Shown here piece by piece: positions 48,198-60,250 of a stretch of 64,000 nucleotides of DNA; position 1 is the stretch's first letter, and each line of letters starts with the position of its first letter. The notes beneath the pieces were generated by a model. It saw only the letters and a list, made by a program, of their open reading frames with translations, did no database searches and had not been told where the DNA came from. A program made the position numbers and the translations under genes. This stretch comes from Giardia intestinalis (Eukaryota), in the NCBI GenBank assembly GCA_000002435.2, contig CM018789.1. One strand, written 5' to 3'.

Positions 48198-50850
48198 TGA
48201 ATCAATCAACTCTTTTAAAGTTCATTGCCCCCGCTATGTTAACGACAATCCTCCGGTCATATCTACAGGTGTGTGAGTATCTTTGGGGCTGCAATGTCCG
48301 TCGTACTGCCTGGACGCAATGCTGAACCAGAGAGAGCTGCCATATGAATGTGCGTATATTGAGCTTAACAGAGTTAGGTTCGGCGCTATCGAGTTGTAAC
48401 ACGGTCTAGAACTACTCTATTCATAACTATGAATGCATTTCAGACAGAGCGAGGACCTATAGGTGCTATTCTCTGTGAGGATATCTGACAAATACAACTG
48501 TGATTGCTTTGGAGAAGCTGCTTATGTTAGTACTCTGGCACTTCTTCACGAAGTGCTTTGTTGACCTGCCATTAGGACGATGACTGTTCTTTGAAGCCTC
48601 TAACATGGGCCCTACGAACGTGCGTTCTTGTAGTTTCATCTCTTTATCTGGAGGCTACGTTCTCTAATGTCACGCTCTTATGGTGGCGGTAGGTCTTTGC
48701 AATCTATGGATTGAGTTACGATAAAACTTGTAATCTGTGTTTGAACTCGGAAAGCCACCGACATGTTAGAATAAGTTTAGACCATATTTACTGAATTGCT
48801 CCTTTTGCAATCAGGAGCTGCACTAGCTAAGGCTTTGCTTAACTTCTTTAGCACCTCGTAGTACAGCTGTTCAGCCCATTTGAGTTGGCACACCCTTCTG
48901 CTCAAGGTTGCAGAGGCCTACAGATTAGAATGCAGTGCTAACTGCCCCCTCAGCGTGGGCGTCTGATGGTATTTATGACACTGTATTCTATGACTCTCTA
49001 GAATTATCTGTGACACTTAGGCATATATATTTTGGTAATTCTGGCTTTTTGGCAGAGGGTTACGGAACTTAACCCTCGGGGATACCCTTTTACGGCATAT
49101 TTAAGGGTTCGTTCTATCTTCCACGGACTATTGAAACGTTGATCATAAGATCAGAGGAAAGCCACTATAAGGTGTCCTCGAGCTATCAGTCACAGCATGG
49201 AATAGGTAGCCCTTAAAGGTTACCATGCAATTCAGTGCCCTTTGAAAATCAGCACTAAGGCCTACTATATCAGCGATACTTAGAAGTATAGATAAGGCGC
49301 GCACACCCATGCAGATTGTGTATGTATAGCAGCGTGCATTGTGAGTTCATAGTGAAGCTATGATATGGGGCAGAACCCCGCTTAGACGATAAAGTCATTC
49401 GCGGTGCTTTACTTGGCACATTTACTCCGGTTCTGAGAAGCGTTATGAAAACACGGAGTCAGTGATGTGAACAAAGAGCGTGCAATGAACTGGGAATCAT
49501 CGAGGTTAATAGAATGGCGCGAAGCGAGTGTTATCTACCGCCCTGTTAGGCTACAGGTGTCGGTGTTCCTGGTTGTCAGTAGAGCTGCACAGATCCTACG
49601 ATTCCAAGAGCTGACCCCTCCCGAGAGCATTAGCAAGCGCTTATAGTGACGCGGAGTAGAGGCTGACCAATGCAAGTCGACGCACACTGTGCGACATAGA
49701 GGGGAGCGCCAAGCCGTAGCAGTAGGACTTTTACTGCGTGGTTTGCTGGCTCGCAACGCAGGAGATAACGTGTCTGTATCGACCAGTTTATCTGTTCAAG
49801 ATTGGGGACAGCTTAGACAGAGGTTGCAGACAGGAACTGGTTAGCTTGCTTGTCAGAAACTGGAGGCCTGATTTCTCCGCGTCCTACATGTGGGTTCAAA
49901 GAATGGTGGATCCGGAGACAGACACGCAAATGATAAAAAATGGCAACTCATTACAACCTCCCCGGGCGTCTGCTCCCACCTTTTGCAAGCATTTGTATGC
50001 TAGAGGAGCTTTAGTGCAGAGAATTCTGATGACGCAGGCAGCTTCTCGGTGGTTAGCATCCACGTAGAGAGTCCCGTCTCTTGAGACCTGCAGATTCAGT
50101 ACGCGCTTAGGAGTTACGGGTATGGATACTCTAAGACAGACGTGTCTATGGATGCAGCTGGGTACCAGTACTTGTCCCTGCATTAACCGTTGCCATGATT
50201 GGGTTGTGCAGCGTGTCCTGTCCGCTGACCCGAGATAGCACGTTTGGACAATGCCGCTTTCTATGCGGGCCTGGAAGAATTAAGCTTTTTGAAGTGTTGC
50301 CAGTCAACCCATCGCACAATGAGAGGCTGTACCAATAGCCTAGCGAAGCATCAGAAACAAGCCGTGCACGTTCCAGACCGGAGTGCCCAGCAAGCCAGTC
50401 TGTTGCTAGCATACACCTCCTACAGGCTTCTCGGTTGCCACAATCTCCTTTCGGAATCCTGCAAAGAACCGTTTCTGGGCTTATCCCGGATGCCGGGCTT
50501 TGAGTATGACCCGCGCAGGACCAGCAGCAGGCATAAAGCGTAGAGAATACCCAGGATGCCAGCTAATTCCACAGAGTAAGGGAGGTAGGCACAAAGGACA
50601 GCGCTGTTGTCTATTTCTGAAGTGTCTGTTCCCGCTGCACAGAGGGGTCGCAGAGTCTGTATTCGGCGGAGAAAGGGGCTACGCAAGGGACGCGTCTAAC
50701 GCTTGACGAAGTCATATTTCTCAACCAGAGACACATAAAAGGGTTTCCTTAGACTAGTCATCGTAGATACAACAACCAGATTCTTAGGCTTGGGTGCTTG
50801 AGATTATTAAGAAGATTCTTACCCGTATAAGTGAGCTGAGAAGGATTTTA

Positions 50851-52899
50851 ATGTTGCTTGCAATTTTCTACTTTGTGATAAGCACTCTTACAGCAAAGTG
50901 TACTACGCAGACACAAACTTGTGAAGCTGAGAAGTGCGAAATGGTTGGTGAAACAGAAATCTGTACACGGTGTCAAACAGGAAAAGTTCCAATTGATGGA
51001 AAGTGCGTAGATGCTACTGCTAATGCAAACTGCAAAAACGCTAGCGGTGATGGTGATGCAAACCAAGTCTGCGGAAAATGCATAGGAGCTAACTTTTTCA
51101 TGTATAAGGGCGGATGCTATGATAAAGAGAAGGTACCGGGAAATACTCTGTGCACAACTGTGTCACCAGATGGAGTATGCTCAGTAGCTGCGAATGAATA
51201 CTTTGTTCCACCAAATGCGGATGCTACTCATGATTCAGTCGTATCATGTTCTGAGGAAACCCCAATACATCTTGCTAATAACAAGCAGTACATAGGCGTA
51301 GCGGGATGTGCTACTTGCAGTGCTCCTAAGGCTCCTGGTGAAGACAACACCCCAAAGGCTGCTACGTGTACTAAGTGTGCAGCAGGATTTCTACATACTC
51401 CATCTGAAGGACTGAGTTCATGCGAAGAAACATGCCCAGAGGGATACTTCGGGCACACAGCTACTGCTGAAAGCAAGAAGACTTGCAAATCATGCACAGG
51501 CGGATCTAGCGAAGCACCGAATGTAAAGGGTATTGGAGACTGTCTGAAGTGCATGTACAATGAGGCTAGCGGCAATACCCTTACGTGCGAAAAATGCAGT
51601 GCACAAAAGAAGCCAAGTCTAGATAAAACAAGTTGTAATGATTGTACAGGTCAAAACTGCGCTTTCTGTAGTTCTAGTGGGGGAGACTGTGAGGGATGTG
51701 ACTCTGGTTTCATCTTGGATGGACAAAACTGTGTTAAGAGCGACTGCAAGACTGAGAACTGCAAGGCGTGCACCAATCCGAAGGCAGCAAACGAGGTCTG
51801 CACAGAGTGCATCTCCACTCACCATCTCACGCCGACAAGTCAATGTGTGCAGTACTGTCAAGCACTTGGAAACTACTATGCTGGCACTAATGCTGACAAC
51901 AAAAAGGCATGCAAGGAGTGCACTGTGGCTAACTGCAAAACTTGCAATGATCAGGGGCAGTGTCAAACATGCAACGACGGATTCTATAAAAACGGCGACG
52001 CATGCTCTCCGTGCCACGAAAGCTGCAAGACATGCAGCGCAGGCACTGCCAGCGACTGCACCGAGTGTCCCACTGGAAAAGCACTTAAGTATGGAAACGA
52101 CGGTACTAAGGGCACGTGTGGAGAAGGCTGCACAACAGGCCAAGGCAGCGGTGCCTGCAAAACGTGTGGGCTCACTATCGATGGTGCTAGCTACTGCTCT
52201 GAGTGTGATACACAAAATGAATATCCTCAAAATGGGATCTGTACTTCAACGACCGCTCGTACTGTGGCTACTTGTAAGAATAGCAACGTTGCCAATGGCA
52301 TATGTAGCTCATGTACCAATGGATTTCTTCGTATGAACGGAGGCTGCTATGAGACGACCAAGTTTCCGGGAAAGAGCGTCTGCGAAGGTGCAAACGCAGA
52401 CGCAGACACGTGCAAAGCACCTGTTCCAGGTTACAAAGTAGAGGCAGGAAAGCTTGTGATGTGCTCTAAGGGCTGTGACACGTGCAGCGACGCAACTACT
52501 TGTACAAAATGTGGAGATGGATACACAAAAATTGAAAACAGCCAAACATGCACAAAGTGTGATTCCAGCTGTGAAACATGTACTGGAGCAGCTACAACAT
52601 GTAAGGTGTGTGCTACAGGATACTACAAGACCGCATTGGGAGAAAGTACGTGCACATCCTGCGAAAATGATAGCAACGGAGTCATCGGTGTCAAGGGCTG
52701 CTTAAACTGCGCTCCTCCATCGTCTAGTACTGGCTCCGTTCTCTGCTACCTCATGAAAGGTGAGAATACTGGTGGAAGCGTCAACAAGAGCGGCCTTTCC
52801 ACTGGCGCCATCGCGGGGATCTCCGTCGCAGCCGTCGTCGTCGTGGCCGGCCTTGTGGGCTTCCTCTGCTGGTGGTTCATCTGCCGTGGAAAGGCGTAG
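50851..52899 (+). CDS. vsp: variant-specific surface protein (VSP), 682 aa, copy 1
   Basis: Signal peptide [15 protein letters not shown]. About 12% Cys, mostly as CXXC. GGCY motifs (KGGCYD, NGGCYE). One C-terminal TM helix and a CRGKA tail. The track start is GTG; the ATG is at 50851 with an AT-rich context (attttaATG). Confidence 0.9.
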   Translation: MLLAIFYFVISTLTAKCTTQTQTCEAEKCEMVGETEICTRCQTGKVPIDGKCVDATANANCKNASGDGDANQVCGKCIGANFFMYKGGCYDKEKVPGNTLCTTVSPDGVCSVAANEYFVPPNADATHDSVVSCSEETPIHLANNKQYIGVAGCATCSAPKAPGEDNTPKAATCTKCAAGFLHTPSEGLSSCEETCPEGYFGHTATAESKKTCKSCTGGSSEAPNVKGIGDCLKCMYNEASGNTLTCEKCSAQKKPSLDKTSCNDCTGQNCAFCSSSGGDCEGCDSGFILDGQNCVKSDCKTENCKACTNPKAANEVCTECISTHHLTPTSQCVQYCQALGNYYAGTNADNKKACKECTVANCKTCNDQGQCQTCNDGFYKNGDACSPCHESCKTCSAGTASDCTECPTGKALKYGNDGTKGTCGEGCTTGQGSGACKTCGLTIDGASYCSECDTQNEYPQNGICTSTTARTVATCKNSNVANGICSSCTNGFLRMNGGCYETTKFPGKSVCEGANADADTCKAPVPGYKVEAGKLVMCSKGCDTCSDATTCTKCGDGYTKIENSQTCTKCDSSCETCTGAATTCKVCATGYYKTALGESTCTSCENDSNGVIGVKGCLNCAPPSSSTGSVLCYLMKGENTGGSVNKSGLSTGAIAGISVAAVVVVAGLVGFLCWWFICRGKA

Positions 52900-52914
52900 A
52901 CTTAGGTAGTAAAC
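52900..52914 (+). promoter_or_regulatory. extended VSP-type polyadenylation signal ACTTAGGTAGTAAAC
   Basis: Begins 1 nt after the VSP stop codon. It matches the VSP-associated motif ACTYAGRTAGTRAAY, which contains the general Giardia signal AGTRAAY. Confidence 0.75.
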
Positions 52915-53367
52915 GCGTCACTGTATATGGCTTATTACGCTGTGCTGCTGGGGCTATCTGAGAGCGGTCCAGAGATCATGCGAGTGGGCCCGCTCCTTCC
53001 TGGCCAGTCTAAGGACGAGGGTTGAGTATGGATAACATAATGAAAGAGTCCTCTTCAGTGACACATCCAGAATCTGGGCATTCCTCGCCGCTCCATGAGG
53101 ATATGCTCTGTCTGGATGTCCATGCCGATCTGCCTTGGATTCAGGTCTTCTCGCAGACTCTCTGCTCTACCAGTGGCGCCTCTCCTTGGCCTGCCGTCTG
53201 GTGGGTGAAGCTCCAGTCGCCGTCTTTTTTAGATGCTCCCGTCTGACTCGGTGATTGCTGTCGGGCCCTCCGCTGGCTGGGCCCCTCGGTGTCCGGGCAG
53301 CTGTGGCCCGGGTCAGCGCTCCCACAGTCGCGGTCGCTTGGGTCCCAGCGGGTTCGGATGATGGGTG

Positions 53368-55080
53368 AGGCGGGGTATGGGGCGGTGAGGCTGGAGGGGA
53401 CCGGGGGGTGGTTGTATGTGCCCCTGGGTCTGATGGGCCATGTCGGGTGATCGCAGCTGTGGTGACTGGGGGCTGTCTATCTGTGACCCATCCCTCTGTG
53501 GACTCGTGAGTGCCCTCCGCCCAGGCAACCCTCAGGAGCCGTGCACGCTGGGACAGAGAGGGTGACCAAGGGAGTTAAGCAGCCCTGCCATGATGCTGAG
53601 GGTGCACAGCAGCCAGCCTGATCTGCAGGGCCTGCTCGAGCGATGGTAGTGGCAGACGACTCCCTCTGACAGCGACCCTGGTGACTGCACTGGCCTACTC
53701 TCGAAGCTGAGTGACAATGAACCAGACGGACCTGAGTGCAGGAGGACCGTCCACACACGAACAGACTGTGTAGACCCAGAGAGGACCGGAGTCTGCTCGG
53801 GACACGCTGACTGTGCCCCATACGAGAGCCCCAGGCAACCACCCGAGCACCCGAGAGGCAGCAACAGACACGGGCACCAGAGATTCCCAGCCAGACAGCT
53901 GCCATGCTCATCCACAGGGGCATCAGAGGACCAGGTGGAGTCACCCTCACAACCAGGGCCTAATAGGAAGCCAGAGGACTCACGCAGCACAGCAGAGCAG
54001 GCCCAAGGGAGGCACACTCCAGGCAGGTGAGCAGTGGCAGAGCCCTGACAGCTGCCAGCCCCCATGACACCCAGGCAGGCACCAGACTCGCTGGCCTCGA
54101 CTGCATTCACGATGACCTGAGGGGGCAGCAGCCAGAGGAGTGAGGAGACCTTCGGACACCACAAGAGGCCCGGCTGTCCAGCAGGCTATGGAGCACAGGT
54201 GACCTCTGAGCACCACAAAGGCACAGGAGCCGACCATCAGAGTGATGCCCGATCACAGAGACGACCACGAGCACCCTCCACCCACTCTGAGGGGCTGTCG
54301 ATCATTCCACTGCCTCTCATAGCAGACCTCCTTGAGGGCAGTGCAGTGAGTGACTCAGCTCATGCAGGAGGGTGCACGCCTCCCCTGGCATAGGATGCCG
54401 ACTCTCCCCGAGGGGTCATCAGAGCCACGAGGAGGGGTCAAGGTTAGTAGACCACACCGGGAACTCCCGAGGGCACAGCAGGTGATGTTGGGTGATCCTC
54501 AGCGTGCTCCTCTCTGATGGTAGAGCATCCTGAGACCAAGGGGGCTCACCCCTGCCTACGGACGACACACAGCGCTTCACAACGAGGACCCACCAGGAGC
54601 AGCACAGCTGACCACGGGGACAGTGCAGTCACCGATGCCCCACCGTGTTAGTCTTTTGAGTCATCACACTAGAGGCATGAGAGAACCCATCCCATCCACA
54701 GGCTCATCCACACCCCTGCTGGTCCCAGGTGAACTCCCCGTCGAGGCACCGGACAGGGCATGCCAGGGGCTCAGCAGACCCGCACAGAGCAACAGCGAGT
54801 AGCAGGAGGGGCTGCGATGGCCTGCCTCGACACTCACGCACCAGCCAGACAGAGCAGCAGTACTGCCTGAGGCATGCAGGGGCCAAGGGAGGCACTCAGT
54901 CAGGGGGACACGACACGATCGTCGGTGCCTGTGTCTCGGGAGTGCAACGAGGGCTGGAGAGCAGACACAACCACCTTGGCAAACAGAGCGGGGATCACCC
55001 CAATGACCCACCGAACCCAGAGGCACATACGAACACCACCAACCTCAGCCCCCACCAGAGCCCCACCAGCCTCACCGCCC
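53368..55080. other. central spacer of the inverted repeat: GC-rich, plus strand T-depleted from ~53560 to 55080, with only decayed inverted symmetry
   Basis: Representative lines carry ~8% T on the plus strand (e.g. 53941-54000). 53368-53560 is the complementary G/T-rich type. Arm-proximal ends still align at ~80% identity (tgtatgtgcccctgggtctgatgggccatgtcgggtgatcgcagctgt vs cgtatgtgcctctgggttcggtgggtcattggggtgatccccgctctgt). The long ORFs here are composition artefacts. Confidence 0.6.
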
Positions 55081-55533
55081 CACCCATCATCCGAACCCGC
55101 TGGGACCCAAGCGACCGCGACTGTGGGAGCGCTGACCCGGGCCACAGCTGCCCGGACACCGAGGGGCCCAGCCAGCGGAGGGCCCGACAGCAATCACCGA
55201 GTCAGACGGGAGCATCTAAAAAAGACGGCGACTGGAGCTTCACCCACCAGACGGCAGGCCAAGGAGAGGCGCCACTGGTAGAGCAGAGAGTCTGCGAGAA
55301 GACCTGAATCCAAGGCAGATCGGCATGGACATCCAGACAGAGCATATCCTCATGGAGCGGCGAGGAATGCCCAGATTCTGGATGTGTCACTGAAGAGGAC
55401 TCTTTCATTATGTTATCCATACTCAACCCTCGTCCTTAGACTGGCCAGGAAGGAGCGGGCCCACTCGCATGATCTCTGGACCGCTCTCAGATAGCCCCAG
55501 CAGCACAGCGTAATAAGCCATATACAGTGACGC

Positions 55534-55548
55534 GTTTACTACCTAAGT
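55534..55548 (-). promoter_or_regulatory. extended VSP-type polyadenylation signal (mirror copy)
   Basis: Reverse complement of gtttactacctaagt is ACTTAGGTAGTAAAC, immediately 3' of the minus-strand VSP stop. Confidence 0.75.
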
Positions 55549-57597
55549 CTACGCCTTTCCACGGCAGATGAACCACCAGCAGAGGAAGCCCACAAGGCCG
55601 GCCACGACGACGACGGCTGCGACGGAGATCCCCGCGATGGCGCCAGTGGAAAGGCCGCTCTTGTTGACGCTTCCACCAGTATTCTCACCTTTCATGAGGT
55701 AGCAGAGAACGGAGCCAGTACTAGACGATGGAGGAGCGCAGTTTAAGCAGCCCTTGACACCGATGACTCCGTTGCTATCATTTTCGCAGGATGTGCACGT
55801 ACTTTCTCCCAATGCGGTCTTGTAGTATCCTGTAGCACACACCTTACATGTTGTAGCTGCTCCAGTACATGTTTCACAGCTGGAATCACACTTTGTGCAT
55901 GTTTGGCTGTTTTCAATTTTTGTGTATCCATCTCCACATTTTGTACAAGTAGTTGCGTCGCTGCACGTGTCACAGCCCTTAGAGCACATCACAAGCTTTC
56001 CTGCCTCTACTTTGTAACCTGGAACAGGTGCTTTGCACGTGTCTGCGTCTGCGTTTGCACCTTCGCAGACGCTCTTTCCCGGAAACTTGGTCGTCTCATA
56101 GCAGCCTCCGTTCATACGAAGAAATCCATTGGTACATGAGCTACATATGCCATTGGCAACGTTGCTATTCTTACAAGTAGCCACAGTACGAGCGGTCGTT
56201 GAAGTACAGATCCCATTTTGAGGATATTCATTTTGTGTATCACACTCAGAGCAGTAGCTAGCACCATCGATAGTGAGCCCACACGTTTTGCAGGCACCGC
56301 TGCCTTGGCCTGTTGTGCAGCCTTCTCCACACGTGCCCTTAGTACCGTCGTTTCCATACTTAAGTGCTTTTCCAGTGGGACACTCGGTGCAGTCGCTGGC
56401 AGTGCCTGCGCTGCATGTCTTGCAGCTTTCGTGGCACGGAGAGCATGCGTCGCCGTTTTTATAGAATCCGTCGTTGCATGTTTGACACTGCCCCTGATCA
56501 TTGCAAGTTTTGCAGTTAGCCACAGTGCACTCCTTGCATGCCTTTTTGTTGTCAGCATTAGTGCCAGCATAGTAGTTTCCAAGTGCTTGACAGTACTGCA
56601 CACATTGACTTGTCGGCGTGAGATGGTGAGTGGAGATGCACTCTGTGCAGACCTCGTTTGCTGCCTTCGGATTGGTGCACGCCTTGCAGTTCTCAGTCTT
56701 GCAGTCGCTCTTAACACAGTTTTGTCCATCCAAGATGAAACCAGAGTCACATCCCTCACAGTCTCCCCCACTAGAACTACAGAAAGCGCAGTTTTGACCT
56801 GTACAATCATTACAACTTGTTTTATCTAGACTTGGCTTCTTTTGTGCACTGCATTTTTCGCACGTAAGGGTATTGCCGCTAGCCTCATTGTACATGCACT
56901 TCAGACAGTCTCCAATACCCTTTACATTCGGTGCTTCGCTAGATCCGCCTGTGCATGATTTGCAAGTCTTCTTGCTTTCAGCAGTAGCTGTGTGCCCGAA
57001 GTATCCCTCTGGGCATGTTTCTTCGCATGAACTCAGTCCTTCAGATGGAGTATGTAGAAATCCTGCTGCACACTTAGTACACGTAGCAGCCTTTGGGGTG
57101 TTGTCTTCACCAGGAGCCTTAGGAGCACTGCAAGTAGCACATCCCGCTACGCCTATGTACTGCTTGTTATTAGCAAGATGTATTGGGGTTTCCTCAGAAC
57201 ATGATACGACTGAATCATGAGTAGCATCCGCATTTGGTGGAACAAAGTATTCATTCGCAGCTACTGAGCATACTCCATCTGGTGACACAGTTGTGCACAG
57301 AGTATTTCCCGGTACCTTCTCTTTATCATAGCATCCGCCCTTATACATGAAAAAGTTAGCTCCTATGCATTTTCCGCAGACTTGGTTTGCATCACCATCA
57401 CCGCTAGCGTTTTTGCAGTTTGCATTAGCAGTAGCATCTACGCACTTTCCATCAATTGGAACTTTTCCTGTTTGACACCGTGTACAGATTTCTGTTTCAC
57501 CAACCATTTCGCACTTCTCAGCTTCACAAGTTTGTGTCTGCGTAGTACACTTTGCTGTAAGAGTGCTTATCACAAAGTAGAAAATTGCAAGCAACAT
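55549..57597 (-). CDS. vsp: variant-specific surface protein (VSP), 682 aa, copy 2 (100% identical to copy 1)
   Basis: Identical translation to 50851-52899. It is convergent (tail-to-tail) with copy 1, with 2.65 kb between the two stop codons. Confidence 0.9.
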   Translation of the reverse strand: MLLAIFYFVISTLTAKCTTQTQTCEAEKCEMVGETEICTRCQTGKVPIDGKCVDATANANCKNASGDGDANQVCGKCIGANFFMYKGGCYDKEKVPGNTLCTTVSPDGVCSVAANEYFVPPNADATHDSVVSCSEETPIHLANNKQYIGVAGCATCSAPKAPGEDNTPKAATCTKCAAGFLHTPSEGLSSCEETCPEGYFGHTATAESKKTCKSCTGGSSEAPNVKGIGDCLKCMYNEASGNTLTCEKCSAQKKPSLDKTSCNDCTGQNCAFCSSSGGDCEGCDSGFILDGQNCVKSDCKTENCKACTNPKAANEVCTECISTHHLTPTSQCVQYCQALGNYYAGTNADNKKACKECTVANCKTCNDQGQCQTCNDGFYKNGDACSPCHESCKTCSAGTASDCTECPTGKALKYGNDGTKGTCGEGCTTGQGSGACKTCGLTIDGASYCSECDTQNEYPQNGICTSTTARTVATCKNSNVANGICSSCTNGFLRMNGGCYETTKFPGKSVCEGANADADTCKAPVPGYKVEAGKLVMCSKGCDTCSDATTCTKCGDGYTKIENSQTCTKCDSSCETCTGAATTCKVCATGYYKTALGESTCTSCENDSNGVIGVKGCLNCAPPSSSTGSVLCYLMKGENTGGSVNKSGLSTGAIAGISVAAVVVVAGLVGFLCWWFICRGKA

Positions 57598-60250
57598 TAA
57601 AATCCTTCTCAGCTCACTTATACGGGTAAGAATCTTCTTAATAATCTCAAGCACCCAAGCCTAAGAATCTGGTTGTTGTATCTACGATGACTAGTCTAAG
57701 GAAACCCTTTTATGTGTCTCTGGTTGAGAAATATGACTTCGTCAAGCGTTAGACGCGTCCCTTGCGTAGCCCCTTTCTCCGCCGAATACAGACTCTGCGA
57801 CCCCTCTGTGCAGCGGGAACAGACACTTCAGAAATAGACAACAGCGCTGTCCTTTGTGCCTACCTCCCTTACTCTGTGGAATTAGCTGGCATCCTGGGTA
57901 TTCTCTACGCTTTATGCCTGCTGCTGGTCCTGCGCGGGTCATACTCAAAGCCCGGCATCCGGGATAAGCCCAGAAACGGTTCTTTGCAGGATTCCGAAAG
58001 GAGATTGTGGCAACCGAGAAGCCTGTAGGAGGTGTATGCTAGCAACAGACTGGCTTGCTGGGCACTCCGGTCTGGAACGTGCACGGCTTGTTTCTGATGC
58101 TTCGCTAGGCTATTGGTACAGCCTCTCATTGTGCGATGGGTTGACTGGCAACACTTCAAAAAGCTTAATTCTTCCAGGCCCGCATAGAAAGCGGCATTGT
58201 CCAAACGTGCTATCTCGGGTCAGCGGACAGGACACGCTGCACAACCCAATCATGGCAACGGTTAATGCAGGGACAAGTACTGGTACCCAGCTGCATCCAT
58301 AGACACGTCTGTCTTAGAGTATCCATACCCGTAACTCCTAAGCGCGTACTGAATCTGCAGGTCTCAAGAGACGGGACTCTCTACGTGGATGCTAACCACC
58401 GAGAAGCTGCCTGCGTCATCAGAATTCTCTGCACTAAAGCTCCTCTAGCATACAAATGCTTGCAAAAGGTGGGAGCAGACGCCCGGGGAGGTTGTAATGA
58501 GTTGCCATTTTTTATCATTTGCGTGTCTGTCTCCGGATCCACCATTCTTTGAACCCACATGTAGGACGCGGAGAAATCAGGCCTCCAGTTTCTGACAAGC
58601 AAGCTAACCAGTTCCTGTCTGCAACCTCTGTCTAAGCTGTCCCCAATCTTGAACAGATAAACTGGTCGATACAGACACGTTATCTCCTGCGTTGCGAGCC
58701 AGCAAACCACGCAGTAAAAGTCCTACTGCTACGGCTTGGCGCTCCCCTCTATGTCGCACAGTGTGCGTCGACTTGCATTGGTCAGCCTCTACTCCGCGTC
58801 ACTATAAGCGCTTGCTAATGCTCTCGGGAGGGGTCAGCTCTTGGAATCGTAGGATCTGTGCAGCTCTACTGACAACCAGGAACACCGACACCTGTAGCCT
58901 AACAGGGCGGTAGATAACACTCGCTTCGCGCCATTCTATTAACCTCGATGATTCCCAGTTCATTGCACGCTCTTTGTTCACATCACTGACTCCGTGTTTT
59001 CATAACGCTTCTCAGAACCGGAGTAAATGTGCCAAGTAAAGCACCGCGAATGACTTTATCGTCTAAGCGGGGTTCTGCCCCATATCATAGCTTCACTATG
59101 AACTCACAATGCACGCTGCTATACATACACAATCTGCATGGGTGTGCGCGCCTTATCTATACTTCTAAGTATCGCTGATATAGTAGGCCTTAGTGCTGAT
59201 TTTCAAAGGGCACTGAATTGCATGGTAACCTTTAAGGGCTACCTATTCCATGCTGTGACTGATAGCTCGAGGACACCTTATAGTGGCTTTCCTCTGATCT
59301 TATGATCAACGTTTCAATAGTCCGTGGAAGATAGAACGAACCCTTAAATATGCCGTAAAAGGGTATCCCCGAGGGTTAAGTTCCGTAACCCTCTGCCAAA
59401 AAGCCAGAATTACCAAAATATATATGCCTAAGTGTCACAGATAATTCTAGAGAGTCATAGAATACAGTGTCATAAATACCATCAGACGCCCACGCTGAGG
59501 GGGCAGTTAGCACTGCATTCTAATCTGTAGGCCTCTGCAACCTTGAGCAGAAGGGTGTGCCAACTCAAATGGGCTGAACAGCTGTACTACGAGGTGCTAA
59601 AGAAGTTAAGCAAAGCCTTAGCTAGTGCAGCTCCTGATTGCAAAAGGAGCAATTCAGTAAATATGGTCTAAACTTATTCTAACATGTCGGTGGCTTTCCG
59701 AGTTCAAACACAGATTACAAGTTTTATCGTAACTCAATCCATAGATTGCAAAGACCTACCGCCACCATAAGAGCGTGACATTAGAGAACGTAGCCTCCAG
59801 ATAAAGAGATGAAACTACAAGAACGCACGTTCGTAGGGCCCATGTTAGAGGCTTCAAAGAACAGTCATCGTCCTAATGGCAGGTCAACAAAGCACTTCGT
59901 GAAGAAGTGCCAGAGTACTAACATAAGCAGCTTCTCCAAAGCAATCACAGTTGTATTTGTCAGATATCCTCACAGAGAATAGCACCTATAGGTCCTCGCT
60001 CTGTCTGAAATGCATTCATAGTTATGAATAGAGTAGTTCTAGACCGTGTTACAACTCGATAGCGCCGAACCTAACTCTGTTAAGCTCAATATACGCACAT
60101 TCATATGGCAGCTCTCTCTGGTTCAGCATTGCGTCCAGGCAGTACGACGGACATTGCAGCCCCAAAGATACTCACACACCTGTAGATATGACCGGAGGAT
60201 TGTCGTTAACATAGCGGGGGCAATGAACTTTAAAAGAGTTGATTGATTCA

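Larger units (their letters stand above)
46064..53367. repeat. inverted repeat, arm 1 (7304 bp), identical to the reverse complement of 55081-62384
   Basis: Mirrored ORFs have identical translations at coordinates x and 108448-x (304-aa, 701-aa, 74-aa and many small ORFs). Direct base comparison at both ends and at 48781-48837 vs 59611-59667 found no mismatch. Confidence 0.9.

Noticed and set aside
48210-50793. Degenerate non-LTR retrotransposon (GilM/GilT/GilD-like) in the ORF-poor segment
   Set aside because: No reverse-transcriptase (FADD/YADD), endonuclease or zinc-knuckle remnants appear in any frame. I cannot exclude a highly decayed element without profile searches.
51619-52336. 203-aa and 232-aa ORFs overlapping the VSP coding region (and their mirror copies at 56112-56829)
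   Set aside because: They are alternative frames or antisense of a Cys-codon-rich (TGC/TGT/GCA/ACA) gene. The VSP frame has full family hallmarks and these do not.
53532-54164. 210-aa Cys-rich minus-strand ORF, and other 150-230-aa ORFs (53477-53950, 54729-55307, 54874-55281) in the central spacer
   Set aside because: The plus strand is T-depleted, so stop codons are rare in every frame and the TG-rich minus strand yields Cys, Trp, Leu and Val codons by composition. There is no CXXC spacing, no signal peptide and no CRGKA tail, and the overlapping ORFs are mutually inconsistent. These are composition artefacts rather than genes.
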